DNA of 64,000 bases, from positions 1 to 64,000 of the IMG/VR virus record IMGVR_UViG_3300036715_000875. One strand, 5' to 3'. The translations under genes and the position numbers were made by a program. The notes beneath the pieces were generated by a model. It did no database searches and had not been told where the DNA came from. It worked only from the letters and a program-made list of their open reading frames with translations. Position 1 is the stretch's first letter; every line of letters starts with the position of its first letter. Below are positions 1 through 8,609 of this stretch, in pieces. The stretch comes from a virus.

Positions 1-268
1 TTTAGTCTTTTCAGACACTCATCTTGTTTTCGTAGAGATATTATGACACAAGTATGTGAATCATTACTTTAAAGATTGATGGTAACAAGTGAGTCTTATA
101 TTACTCTAAGAGTATATTCATGTATGGCTCTCAGGGTATCTTGGGATAGGGCAAAAATAGTACTCTGGAGCTTTTTTGTTAGCGGTACTCCCCGTGAATC
201 CATGGAGACAGTAGCTTGTAGAATGACTAAGGCAATGTCATCTGGCTATTGCCAGATGGGATATGGGA

Positions 269-514
269 TTACTCCCAGCCTTGGAAGATGCCAATGACAT
301 AGCCAGTGTCTGAGCATCTTTGAGTGAGTAAGTCATTATTCTCATAATACTTGAGGTCTAATAACATATCACCATTAGCATCATACCAATAATTATATAC
401 AAACTTACATACTATATCATCAGTTGTAAATTGTACAACACCATTATTTGATAAACATTCTTGTGAGGATATATAAATCAACGCTGTTCTATAGGCTTCT
501 TTATTCTTTTCCAT
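269..514 (-). CDS. hypothetical early protein (81 aa)
   Basis: ORF with strong SD (GAAGGAG) before ATG; lies in a tightly packed minus-strand cluster. Confidence 0.7.
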   Translation of the reverse strand: MEKNKEAYRTALIYISSQECLSNNGVVQFTTDDIVCKFVYNYWYDANGDMLLDLKYYENNDLLTQRCSDTGYVIGIFQGWE

Positions 515-544
515 ATTGATCTCCTTCGGTGTCTAGCACCATCA

Positions 545-562
545 TACCATCCGAAGATGGTA
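545..562 (-). promoter_or_regulatory. cUUCGg tetraloop hairpin (intergenic)
   Basis: Minus strand TACCATC-TTCG-GATGGTA: perfect 7-bp stem with a C(UUCG)G loop between two genes. Confidence 0.7.
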
Positions 563-570
563 CTGTGATA

Positions 571-825
571 TTAGTCTTCAAAGACGAATTTACTTAGTAG
601 GCCCTCACGAGCTATTAAAAACTTAAGAGCCTCTTCATTCACATTATACTTTTTGCATAAAAAGGGTAGTAGGTCATACCAAAGAAAGATTGAATCACAG
701 ATAGGTTCCATGTTCATATCTAACTCTATATGGTTAGGCCAGAGTGTATTATCTTTTATAGATATACCCTCAAAACATTCTATTGTCATTAGTCCTGGAA
801 AGACTACTATTATTGGCTGGTTCAT
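571..825 (-). CDS. hypothetical early protein (84 aa)
   Basis: ORF with SD AAGGAG; start overlaps the stop of the upstream ORF. Confidence 0.7.
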   Translation of the reverse strand: MNQPIIVVFPGLMTIECFEGISIKDNTLWPNHIELDMNMEPICDSIFLWYDLLPFLCKKYNVNEEALKFLIAREGLLSKFVFED

Positions 826-1073
826 CGTCTGTCTCCTTGTTCAAAGTTATCGTTAAGAGTTTCCATAACATAGTTATGAAAGTTTCTAAGATCGGCTATA
901 TCACCAGCTTCAGGCTGGAACTTATAATGTAATATACAGTTAAGCCAACCCTGTTGAGAGTTGGCTCCTTCTAACTCAGGACCGTCCCAGAGCTCAAGCT
1001 CTAGTAACTGCTCTAAGTCTTCTCTTATCTTAACCAGTATATTCTCTGTCTCTAGTGTGATTTGTGATAACAT
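822..1073 (-). CDS. hypothetical acidic early protein (83 aa)
   Basis: ORF with SD AAAGGA. Confidence 0.7.
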   Translation of the reverse strand: MLSQITLETENILVKIREDLEQLLELELWDGPELEGANSQQGWLNCILHYKFQPEAGDIADLRNFHNYVMETLNDNFEQGDRR

Positions 1074-1178
1074 TTAATATCCTTTACATTGATTAGCTAC
1101 TGATGCCCAGTAGCCAATGATATACATAGCATTACCTGCCAACACAATAATTATACCATAGATGATTTTCTTTTTCAC
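1074..1178 (-). CDS. small membrane protein (34 aa; not in ORF track)
   Basis: GTG start after AAAGGGG; MKKKIIYGIIIVLAGNAMYIIGYWASVANQCKGY; fills the gap exactly between its neighbours. Confidence 0.55.
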   Translation of the reverse strand: MKKKIIYGIIIVLAGNAMYIIGYWASVANQCKGY

Positions 1179-1179
1179 T

Positions 1180-1962
1180 TCAACCCCTTTTGTTTAGCCA
1201 TATATTAGCTCTCATATTATCTAGCCAAGTTCTTATAACCCATTTAGTAAAGCTCTCACCAAGATGATGTTCCTCACAAAATTCTTGAATAGAACTCCAT
1301 GACATACTACTCGAGTGAGCTTCCCATAACTTCTTGAATCCCTTTCTAATTATGAATGCGTTATCTTCTGTTACAATAAGATTAGGGATAATACTTGTAT
1401 ACTCCTTTATCTCAGAGTAATAGCTAAGATGAATAGGCGTCTTATTAAGCACAGCTACTAATGCAGACTCATCAGCTAGTAGATTTATATCCAAAGAATA
1501 TGTCTCTATCTCACCAAGGGATATATCAAGCTGGCCATAAAGATAAGACATACCTAAGTCTTCAACTAAAGGCTCTAGATCTTCTATCTCTAACAGTATA
1601 TACTCAGAAATTATATCCATATATTTAGCATCGTCGCTAAAATACCTACCGGCATTACCGCCACAGCTTTGACCAACACGTTTTTGTATTCTAAAACAAG
1701 TATCATTCATAGAGTCTTCAGCTATAGCTGGAACAATAATAGTCTCTCTTATCCATCTAACCATATCTTCTATAGTCTGAGACTCATGACTATTATGCTC
1801 AAAGACAAATTTATATATGTCATTAGAAAGCTTAATAAAGTATACCTCATCAAAACCCTGTACATCATACATATTTACATACCATGCTCCATAACACTCT
1901 TCAGGTGTTAAATTCTCAGTCTCTAATATATCCACAAACTCATCGTGTGTTGTAACTCTCAT
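1180..1962 (-). CDS. hypothetical early protein (start revised to ATG 1962)
   Basis: SD TTGGAGGT precedes the ATG at 1962, not the TTG at 1977. Confidence 0.75.
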   Translation of the reverse strand: MRVTTHDEFVDILETENLTPEECYGAWYVNMYDVQGFDEVYFIKLSNDIYKFVFEHNSHESQTIEDMVRWIRETIIVPAIAEDSMNDTCFRIQKRVGQSCGGNAGRYFSDDAKYMDIISEYILLEIEDLEPLVEDLGMSYLYGQLDISLGEIETYSLDINLLADESALVAVLNKTPIHLSYYSEIKEYTSIIPNLIVTEDNAFIIRKGFKKLWEAHSSSMSWSSIQEFCEEHHLGESFTKWVIRTWLDNMRANIWLNKRG

Positions 1963-1969
1963 AATAATA

Positions 1970-2005
1970 ACCTCCAAGTTCTTTCAGGCAACATCCAGTA
2001 TTGTT
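1970..2005 (-). repeat. conserved 36-nt early-gene leader, copy 1
   Basis: 32/36 identical to 4085-4120; ends in SD GGAGGT. Confidence 0.85.
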
Positions 2006-2008
2006 AAT

Positions 2009-2299
2009 TTACTTGCTATTACGGATAGCTTCTTTAACATAGGCAATAGCTAACTTACTATTACCGCCAATATTCCAGTCTTTATACCCAAAGTCTGTTT
2101 CGTCTACTTTCCAGTCATAGATACATACTGGAGTAGTATCATTGAATAAGATAACCCATTCACAGGTTGTCTTATCTCCTTCTACATTAGGCCCATATGT
2201 AGGTTTCCCAAAAGCTTTCTTAAGCTCAGCATAAGTAGTTCCAACATAGCCTTGTAAACATGTACCATCTTCGTGATACTCGGGTCTTGTAAATGTCAT
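2009..2299 (-). CDS. conserved-looking phage hypothetical protein (96 aa)
   Basis: ORF with SD GGAG; motifs LQGY..TTY.EL..FG.P / K...EW / IYDWK / WNIGG resemble a recurrent phage family (from memory). Confidence 0.7.
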   Translation of the reverse strand: MTFTRPEYHEDGTCLQGYVGTTYAELKKAFGKPTYGPNVEGDKTTCEWVILFNDTTPVCIYDWKVDETDFGYKDWNIGGNSKLAIAYVKEAIRNSK

Positions 2300-2661
2300 T
2301 AGAAATTTCTCCAGTCTGTATTAATTAGATCAGCCATAATTCTAATAAAGCCGTCAATCTCACTATCATGAAAGCCAATTAGCTTCATAACACCTATCTT
2401 TATATCAAGTACTTCTGGATAGAATCTATTAAAGTGCCATATCTCTATATAGTTATCTGCAGACCATGCTTGGTCATACTCCTCCTCAGTTAAGTTATCA
2501 CCTAATGGATTAACTAACTTACCATTATCTAACACAACAAGCTGAGCTATCTCTTCATTAAGAAGGATAGTTATATTAGATACACAAGCTGTTAAAGCAT
2601 AGACAATACAGCCACCACCGGTGTTCTCTCTAGTTATTTTAAACTCTAATGATTCTAGCAT
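2299..2661 (-). CDS. hypothetical early protein (start revised to ATG 2661)
   Basis: SD TTGGAGAG precedes ATG 2661, directly after the stop of the upstream ORF. Confidence 0.7.
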   Translation of the reverse strand: MLESLEFKITRENTGGGCIVYALTACVSNITILLNEEIAQLVVLDNGKLVNPLGDNLTEEEYDQAWSADNYIEIWHFNRFYPEVLDIKIGVMKLIGFHDSEIDGFIRIMADLINTDWRNF

Positions 2662-2662
2662 C

Positions 2663-2902
2663 TTATCTCTCCAAGCAATGTTTATTGAATTCAATTGTAG
2701 CATCTTCATAGTTGCCACATTGTAGATATGTACCCATATAGGTACTACAGCCTTTCATTGGGTCTACAGTATAAGACCATATAACATACTTTTGTTCCCA
2801 GTAGCATAACACCTTAGAACCGGTGATCGCTACAACATTCTTACCTTCTTTATTAAGCAGCCGTACAGCTGCTGCCAATGGGCTAAATCCTACTGTTGCC
2901 AT
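2663..2902 (-). CDS. hypothetical early protein (79 aa)
   Basis: SD AAGGAG; translationally coupled. Confidence 0.7.
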   Translation of the reverse strand: MATVGFSPLAAAVRLLNKEGKNVVAITGSKVLCYWEQKYVIWSYTVDPMKGCSTYMGTYLQCGNYEDATIEFNKHCLER

Positions 2903-3351
2903 TATCTTACTCCTTGGTATCTTAGTTCACTATCACGCTCAGTCTCTTGTTCAGTGATATAAAGCGTGTAGTCTTTATTATTCATTAATAGGTTATAACG
3001 ATCATCTAATCCACAGTTAATGAATGAGCCGTATGCAGCTAAGCTGCTAATAGAATGTCTAAACCATATCTTAATATTAGTGGCTTCTACTACTATATGA
3101 TCTACACCTCTAATACTATTTAACCACTCATATTCATCTGCACCCCAGAAGAAAGGGTTAAATAGCTCACCTTCCCATGAGGCTAAGGCCATATCTAGAA
3201 TATCGTGTAGATCAGCTGGATAGTCTAAGTCAGCTGTCTGAAAGTTAAACACACGGTCGATATCAACAGAGTCTGATATAATCAGATACTCTGAACTGTT
3301 CTCTGTGATCTGAAACTCTTGGTTTCTGTAGTTGTATTTGAATGATAACAT
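2902..3351 (-). CDS. hypothetical early protein (start revised to ATG 3351)
   Basis: SD TTGGAGG precedes ATG 3351. Confidence 0.7.
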   Translation of the reverse strand: MLSFKYNYRNQEFQITENSSEYLIISDSVDIDRVFNFQTADLDYPADLHDILDMALASWEGELFNPFFWGADEYEWLNSIRGVDHIVVEATNIKIWFRHSISSLAAYGSFINCGLDDRYNLLMNNKDYTLYITEQETERDSELRYQGVR

Positions 3352-3404
3352 GTTATGCCTCCAAGCATATAAATTTGAGTCCCTAAGGACTCTATAGAGC
3401 AGGC

Positions 3405-3830
3405 CTAAGCCTGATCTAAGAGTTCTTTGAGTATAGTACACTCTTCTTCTATCTGAGCTCTATTGCCCACTTCTGAGTCTGGTAGTATAACCGGTTGTAT
3501 AAAGCCATATTCATAGGGCTTATTACAATACTCTCGCACTGAATTCATTCCTATGTTAGTCTTTATACCATGCTTAGCACATATACCATGGACTAGTCTA
3601 AGATAAAAGCTCATACTAAAGTCTTTTAACTCTTTAGCCTGTATGATTGGAAAGTATATACCTTCTTGTAATCTAGGCTTCTTGACCATAAGCTTAATCA
3701 TACCTAGGTCCTCATACTTAGCTATAATAGCTAAGTCCTCAGGTGGAATAACTAAGCCTCCTGATCTATGTCTTGCTCCTATGTGGTCAGCAACAGCTAA
3801 TGCTGCTACCACTCTCTCATTTAGTCCCAT
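3405..3830 (-). CDS. hypothetical early protein (141 aa)
   Basis: SD TGGAGGTG before ATG. Confidence 0.7.
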   Translation of the reverse strand: MGLNERVVAALAVADHIGARHRSGGLVIPPEDLAIIAKYEDLGMIKLMVKKPRLQEGIYFPIIQAKELKDFSMSFYLRLVHGICAKHGIKTNIGMNSVREYCNKPYEYGFIQPVILPDSEVGNRAQIEEECTILKELLDQA

Positions 3831-3831
3831 A

Positions 3832-4077
3832 TTACACCTCCAGTAAGTAATTAGCTAATGCTTGTTTAAGGTCGCTATTATAAGCAGCCTTCTTAAGATG
3901 AGTTAGCGGTAATGTGCTATCAATCATGGTTATCAACTCCATGATCTCTTTATTATGCTTAAACTCAGCCTCTTTAGCTACATTAATAGCTACTTCCTTG
4001 ACTTCTTGAGTCGATAGTTCATTATGAGCTGATACATCAGCAACTAAAGCGATAAATAGTAGGGTTGACTGTAACAT
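3832..4077 (-). CDS. hypothetical protein with signal-peptide-like N-terminus (start ATG 4077)
   Basis: SD TTGGAGGT; MLQSTLLFIALVADVSA hydrophobic N-terminus. Confidence 0.65.
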   Translation of the reverse strand: MLQSTLLFIALVADVSAHNELSTQEVKEVAINVAKEAEFKHNKEIMELITMIDSTLPLTHLKKAAYNSDLKQALANYLLEV

Positions 4078-4084
4078 TGTAGTG

Positions 4085-4120
4085 ACCTCCAAGTTCTTTC
4101 AAGTAACATCTCGTATTGTT
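4085..4120 (-). repeat. conserved 36-nt early-gene leader, copy 2
   Basis: 32/36 identical to 1970-2005; a minus-strand TATAAT lies just upstream at 4139-4144. Confidence 0.85.
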
Positions 4121-4174
4121 GAATAATATAACACATATATTATACTATGTTATTATTACCAAGTGCCTTATATC

Positions 4175-4294
4175 TTATCGTGTGAGCCTTATATAGAGAC
4201 TACATGTATGTAGTTTATTAAGCATTTCGCCTATTGTATAGCTCTTATATTCACTAATCTTCTTAATGAATCTATATTGTTGTATATCATTCAT
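4175..4294 (-). CDS. small hypothetical protein (39 aa; not in ORF track)
   Basis: ATG overlaps the stop of 4291-4440; GAGGT/AAAGG upstream. Confidence 0.4.
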   Translation of the reverse strand: MNDIQQYRFIKKISEYKSYTIGEMLNKLHTCSLYIRLTR

Positions 4295-4440
4295 ACCTTT
4301 ACCTCAAATGTTCGCATTGCTTTATAGTTAGACCCTGTATAGCTAGCTATATTGATACGTCTAGCCATCTCACCACTACTGATAAGAGGACAAGCCTTTA
4401 ATATGATCTTCATTAGTTTCTTTTGATCTTTAAGCAACAT
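4291..4440 (-). CDS. small hypothetical protein (49 aa; not in ORF track)
   Basis: SD GAAGGAG; MLLKDQKKLMKIILKACPLISSGEMARRINIASY... Confidence 0.6.
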   Translation of the reverse strand: MLLKDQKKLMKIILKACPLISSGEMARRINIASYTGSNYKAMRTFEVKV

Positions 4441-4594
4441 TTATAACTCCTTCGTTATTATAAGTGACAATTACGCCATCTTCTATACACTCTTTGACTA
4501 TTTCTAGCAACATTAATCTCTTTTCCTCTAAACTAATATCGTTTAGTATCTCTTTTATGTCATTTATTATGACAAGCTCAGTTCTTTCGTACAT
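4430..4594 (-). CDS. small hypothetical protein (54 aa; not in ORF track), first gene of the early arm
   Basis: SD TTGGAGGT; MYERTELVIINDIKEILNDISLEEKRLMLLEIVKECIEDG... Confidence 0.65.
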   Translation of the reverse strand: MYERTELVIINDIKEILNDISLEEKRLMLLEIVKECIEDGVIVTYNNEGVINVA

Positions 4595-4619
4595 TTTGTG
4601 ACCTCCAAGTCAGTTGTTT

Positions 4620-5074
4620 TATTAGAGTCGGATACGGGCGGTATGTCTTTTCTGCATGCGCACGCACCACACACTCTATAGCCCCGCTACGCACCCGGGA
4701 ATTTTTTCCAAAATGGAAGTGGAATTAAGGCCCAATTATTACTATTTTCTGCTCAAATAACTAATACGAACTTATATTTTAACTAAATTCACATTAAATC
4801 TAGCTTAAAGTATATATTTTTCTGGCCCATACGAAAAACTATGCACGGTAGCGTGCTCTGAAAATATTTTTAAAATTTTTTCAGAATATTTTAATACGAA
4901 ATTAACTTAATATGTGTGTTTTCAAATCTGAATCATTTTTTGATTGTTTAAACGTAATTTAATTAAAGTCGATGGCATTCACAACTTATAACAAGTAATT
5001 TGGGGTTATCACTGACACCACACGCTGTAGAACACACAGTTCCTCGGGACAAATTTGTGACTTAAGGCAGGGCC
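4620..5074. other. non-coding divergence region; candidate cos/pac (genome end) site
   Basis: No ORF; GC-rich island at about 4625-4700 followed by an AT-rich tract with phased ATACGAA repeats; directly upstream of terS/terL of lambda-GpA type. Confidence 0.5.
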
Positions 5075-5497
5075 ATGTCTGAAAAGATCATCAGCGCTAA
5101 TATCATCAGAGCTTTACAGAAGCTGAAAAAGGACCCAGGAATGGCGTCCATGCTAGTAGACCCTGATTACATGGAAGAATTCAACCAACTATTTGACGTC
5201 TCCGAGACGAAGAGCCTGGATGAGTTCTCTCTAAAAACAGAATTCGTAGAGACTTATAAGATATTAAAAACAATGTTGCAGGAACTTGCGCTATCTAGCG
5301 AAAAAACAACTGACGACTTGAAAATTCTAAACTCTGCACAGAAGTTTTTAGAGTTCATTCTCAAGAATGAAGCTACGTTAAATGGCATTGACAGTGTCAA
5401 AAACTTTAAGGAAGCGGTATTTACCATCTTAGATGAGGCATCGCCAGAATTAAGAGACACCGTCATCACCAAATTGAACGAATTGGTAGAGGCATAA
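5075..5497 (+). CDS. probable terminase small subunit
   Basis: 140-aa helical protein directly upstream of terL (positional call). Confidence 0.55.
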   Translation: MSEKIISANIIRALQKLKKDPGMASMLVDPDYMEEFNQLFDVSETKSLDEFSLKTEFVETYKILKTMLQELALSSEKTTDDLKILNSAQKFLEFILKNEATLNGIDSVKNFKEAVFTILDEASPELRDTVITKLNELVEA

Positions 5498-5499
5498 CA

Positions 5500-7134
5500 G
5501 TGGCTAGAGGTAATACTAAAACCACAGCTGTACTCAACAATTTTGTCAGTGAAGTTAATGCTAGATATGGCCGCGGTGACCTGAGCCTTAGTTCATCAGA
5601 TTGGGTAGTTAAATATACCAAACTGAAGGGTGTACATTACTCATTTCTAGACCATGAGTTCCAAAAGGCCATCATTGATGACCCTAACCCTCAAGTAATT
5701 GTGAAGAAGTGCGCACAAGTAGGTTTGTCGGAAGTAATGGTCCGACAAATCGTCTCTTTCCTTGCTCGTAATCAAGGTCTTACCGCTATTATAACTCAGC
5801 CAACACGGAAGAACGCACTAGACTTCTCCACCACCCGTATCGACGATATTCTTAAAGAATCACCACTACTCCACGCAATGCTAGATAGTCAAGTCGACTC
5901 TAAAGAGCTAAAGAAGCTGGGAAAATCATATATGTATATTAAAGGGACAATAGGAGCTAAATCAGCGATTTCCGTTCCGGCAGATATGCTAATTCATGAT
6001 GAGCTAGACTTCTCTGATCTTGATATTATCAATAAGTATTCGTCACGTGTCCAACACTCCAAGTATAAGATCTTCAAAAAGTTCTCTACGCCAACTATCC
6101 CTAACTTTGGGATAAGTAAAGAGTTTGATGTATCAGATCAAAAACATTATATGATGAAGTGTAAGCACTGTGGCCACTGGGGTATACCGTCATTCTTTAA
6201 TGATGTTGTTGTGGATAATCCGGCCTTCGCTGATAAGCCTCTTGAGTTAATTACTCACGACGACTTGGCGTATATACAGCCTAGTCAAGTGCACACGCTA
6301 TGTCCAAACTGTCGTAGACCGGTCACTTACCATGACTATACTAAGATGGAATGGGTAGCTACGTATCCAGGCCGAGCAATCTCAGGCTATCAGGTCTCGC
6401 CATTTAACACGCCATTCCAAGACCCTTATAGCTTGATCAAGATGATGAATACATATACGCGCTATGCTGACTTTGTTAACTTCTCTCTTGGTATGGACTA
6501 TGTTGATGCCTCGGCTATATTTGATACATCAAGGTTTCAACAAGCTGCCCTTGGTATTGCTCATAGCTATGGCCTCTTTATGGGTATTGACTTTGGTAAG
6601 AAGTGCTGGATAGTCATTGGCCAAAAGAACCTTAGAGGAGAAACACTCATCTATAAAGCTGAGAGTGTCTCTGAGGAACAAATTATATCTAAGGTAGTAG
6701 AATATACACGTGCATATCACATTGCAGGGCTTTGTGTGGATGCCTTGCCACAGACCAAGCTATCACGAGAAGTGTGTGAAGCTGCTGATTGTCCAGCCTA
6801 TACAGTGTACTATTCTGACATACAGAAGGACCTATATAACATTAAAGCTAATGAGATTGATGTAACTGTGAATAGAACTCAGCTCTTTGATACGATACTG
6901 GGAATACCAAAGCTAGTTGTTGACGATAAGATTGACGATAAGCAATACCTAAATCACCTTCAAGGGATGGTTAAACAACGTGATCTAGAAGATGAACATA
7001 AGTATAGATACGTTAAGGTTAAGGATGACCACTTACTCCACGCAACAGGTTATATGGCCCTTGCAGAGACTATATTTGGAAACTCTTCTAAGAAGTTTGC
7101 AATGCCTACTATTGATACAACTATATTCCAATAA
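5500..7134 (+). CDS. terL: terminase large subunit, lambda GpA-like
   Basis: Walker A-like KCAQVGLSE, Walker B IHDELD, STPT motif, CxxC...CPxC zinc finger, nuclease GIDFG and C-terminal DDHLLHA. Confidence 0.92.
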   Translation: MARGNTKTTAVLNNFVSEVNARYGRGDLSLSSSDWVVKYTKLKGVHYSFLDHEFQKAIIDDPNPQVIVKKCAQVGLSEVMVRQIVSFLARNQGLTAIITQPTRKNALDFSTTRIDDILKESPLLHAMLDSQVDSKELKKLGKSYMYIKGTIGAKSAISVPADMLIHDELDFSDLDIINKYSSRVQHSKYKIFKKFSTPTIPNFGISKEFDVSDQKHYMMKCKHCGHWGIPSFFNDVVVDNPAFADKPLELITHDDLAYIQPSQVHTLCPNCRRPVTYHDYTKMEWVATYPGRAISGYQVSPFNTPFQDPYSLIKMMNTYTRYADFVNFSLGMDYVDASAIFDTSRFQQAALGIAHSYGLFMGIDFGKKCWIVIGQKNLRGETLIYKAESVSEEQIISKVVEYTRAYHIAGLCVDALPQTKLSREVCEAADCPAYTVYYSDIQKDLYNIKANEIDVTVNRTQLFDTILGIPKLVVDDKIDDKQYLNHLQGMVKQRDLEDEHKYRYVKVKDDHLLHATGYMALAETIFGNSSKKFAMPTIDTTIFQ

Positions 7135-7142
7135 GGATAATC

Positions 7143-8606
7143 ATGAACTTTTTAACAAGTCCTTTCGCGACACTATTTGGTAAGGTCGGAAACTCTAGCC
7201 CTTCTAAACCAGCAGCTACTGTTCCAGGTTTACAAGAGGGTTCCGTATTCTCACCTCAAGTATTCAGTATGTACCAAGACGTTGGAAACTTACGCGGCTT
7301 AGGGGACGTAAATGATGTTATTAAGCAGATGCACCGCTATGACCCTGACGCTGCTCAGTCTCTTTGGGCTGTATTACGCTTTGCTTCTACACCTCTTGAT
7401 ATTGTATTTAGAGATGAGAAAGGTGTCTATGATGCTGATAAGACTAGAGATTTCAAAACAATGCTTAAGGCTAACTGGCTAATTTCTACTTATGATGTAT
7501 CCGCTGAAGAGCTATCTGATATGATTATGCGCGAGCTATTCCTCTATGGAGCTGTAGGTTGTGAAGTAGTACTTAATGAAGCTAAGTTCCCAGTTAACTT
7601 TATTCTAGCTAAGAATAAAGATATTAAATGGAGACGTGAAAAAGGTAAGTATATACCATTTCAACCAAAGCAAGGCGGAGGAGAGACTAAGTTGAATATC
7701 CCAACCTTCTTCTTTCAATCTCTAGACCGCGAGGCTGATGCTCCAGTTGGAGAGTCACCACTATTACCAGCTATCCAAGCAATTACATTTAAACAAGCAG
7801 TCATCGCTGATATACAGAGAGTCATTAAACGAACTGGTTATCCGAGACTTAAGGTAACTGTAATGGAAGATATTCTACGTAAGAATGCTCCAATAGAAGT
7901 TAGGAGTGACCCACAACTTCTAGGTGAGTGGCTAGGAAAGCAGAAGTCTGATATTGCTAGTGGTCTTCAAAGACTTAAACCAGAAGACGCTGTAGTTATT
8001 TTTGATAGTCTAGAGATTGATACTCTAGAGAATAGTAACGCTGGGTCAGTTGACTTCAGACCAATTATGGAGATTCTAAATGGGCAAGTGGTATCAGCGC
8101 TTAAGTCTTTACCTTCAATCCTTGGGAAAACTGCTAGTGGAGGCTCTCAAAATATAGCCTCTGTTGAAGCTATGGTTTTCCTTAATACACCACGTTTCCT
8201 TCAAGACCGTTCTGCAAAGTTACTTTCTCAAGTATATACAATGTCTGCGCGCCTAATGGGGATGAACGGTTATATAGAAGTAAAGCATAAGCCAATTAAC
8301 CTAAGACCAGAGTTAGAACTAGAACCTCAAATGGTAGCTAGACAGAGTAGAATTCTACAACTCCAGTCTTTTGGGCATATCGATGATAGTGAGGCTGCAT
8401 TGGCCCTTGGTATTGAGCACTTACCATCTGAAGCTTTATCCGGTACACAGTTTTTAACTGGCGGGCCATCTGTAAATACCGGTAGCATATCTCCTAATTC
8501 TGACCCATTAGGACGAAGTATAACTGGAGGGTCTGGTGCAGGTGATACTACAGGTACACCAGCAGCCTCTAGAAGTACTAGAACAACACCAAAAACTAAA
8601 GGATAA
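7143..8606 (+). CDS. portal protein
   Basis: 487 aa following terL; L.LYG and G.SPL.PA portal-like motifs. Confidence 0.8.
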   Translation: MNFLTSPFATLFGKVGNSSPSKPAATVPGLQEGSVFSPQVFSMYQDVGNLRGLGDVNDVIKQMHRYDPDAAQSLWAVLRFASTPLDIVFRDEKGVYDADKTRDFKTMLKANWLISTYDVSAEELSDMIMRELFLYGAVGCEVVLNEAKFPVNFILAKNKDIKWRREKGKYIPFQPKQGGGETKLNIPTFFFQSLDREADAPVGESPLLPAIQAITFKQAVIADIQRVIKRTGYPRLKVTVMEDILRKNAPIEVRSDPQLLGEWLGKQKSDIASGLQRLKPEDAVVIFDSLEIDTLENSNAGSVDFRPIMEILNGQVVSALKSLPSILGKTASGGSQNIASVEAMVFLNTPRFLQDRSAKLLSQVYTMSARLMGMNGYIEVKHKPINLRPELELEPQMVARQSRILQLQSFGHIDDSEAALALGIEHLPSEALSGTQFLTGGPSVNTGSISPNSDPLGRSITGGSGAGDTTGTPAASRSTRTTPKTKG

Positions 8607-8609
8607 ATA

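Noticed and set aside
1970-4120. 36-nt repeats as a CRISPR or mini-CRISPR array
   Set aside because: Only two copies, 2.1 kb apart, with intact genes between them; each ends in an SD directly before a start codon.
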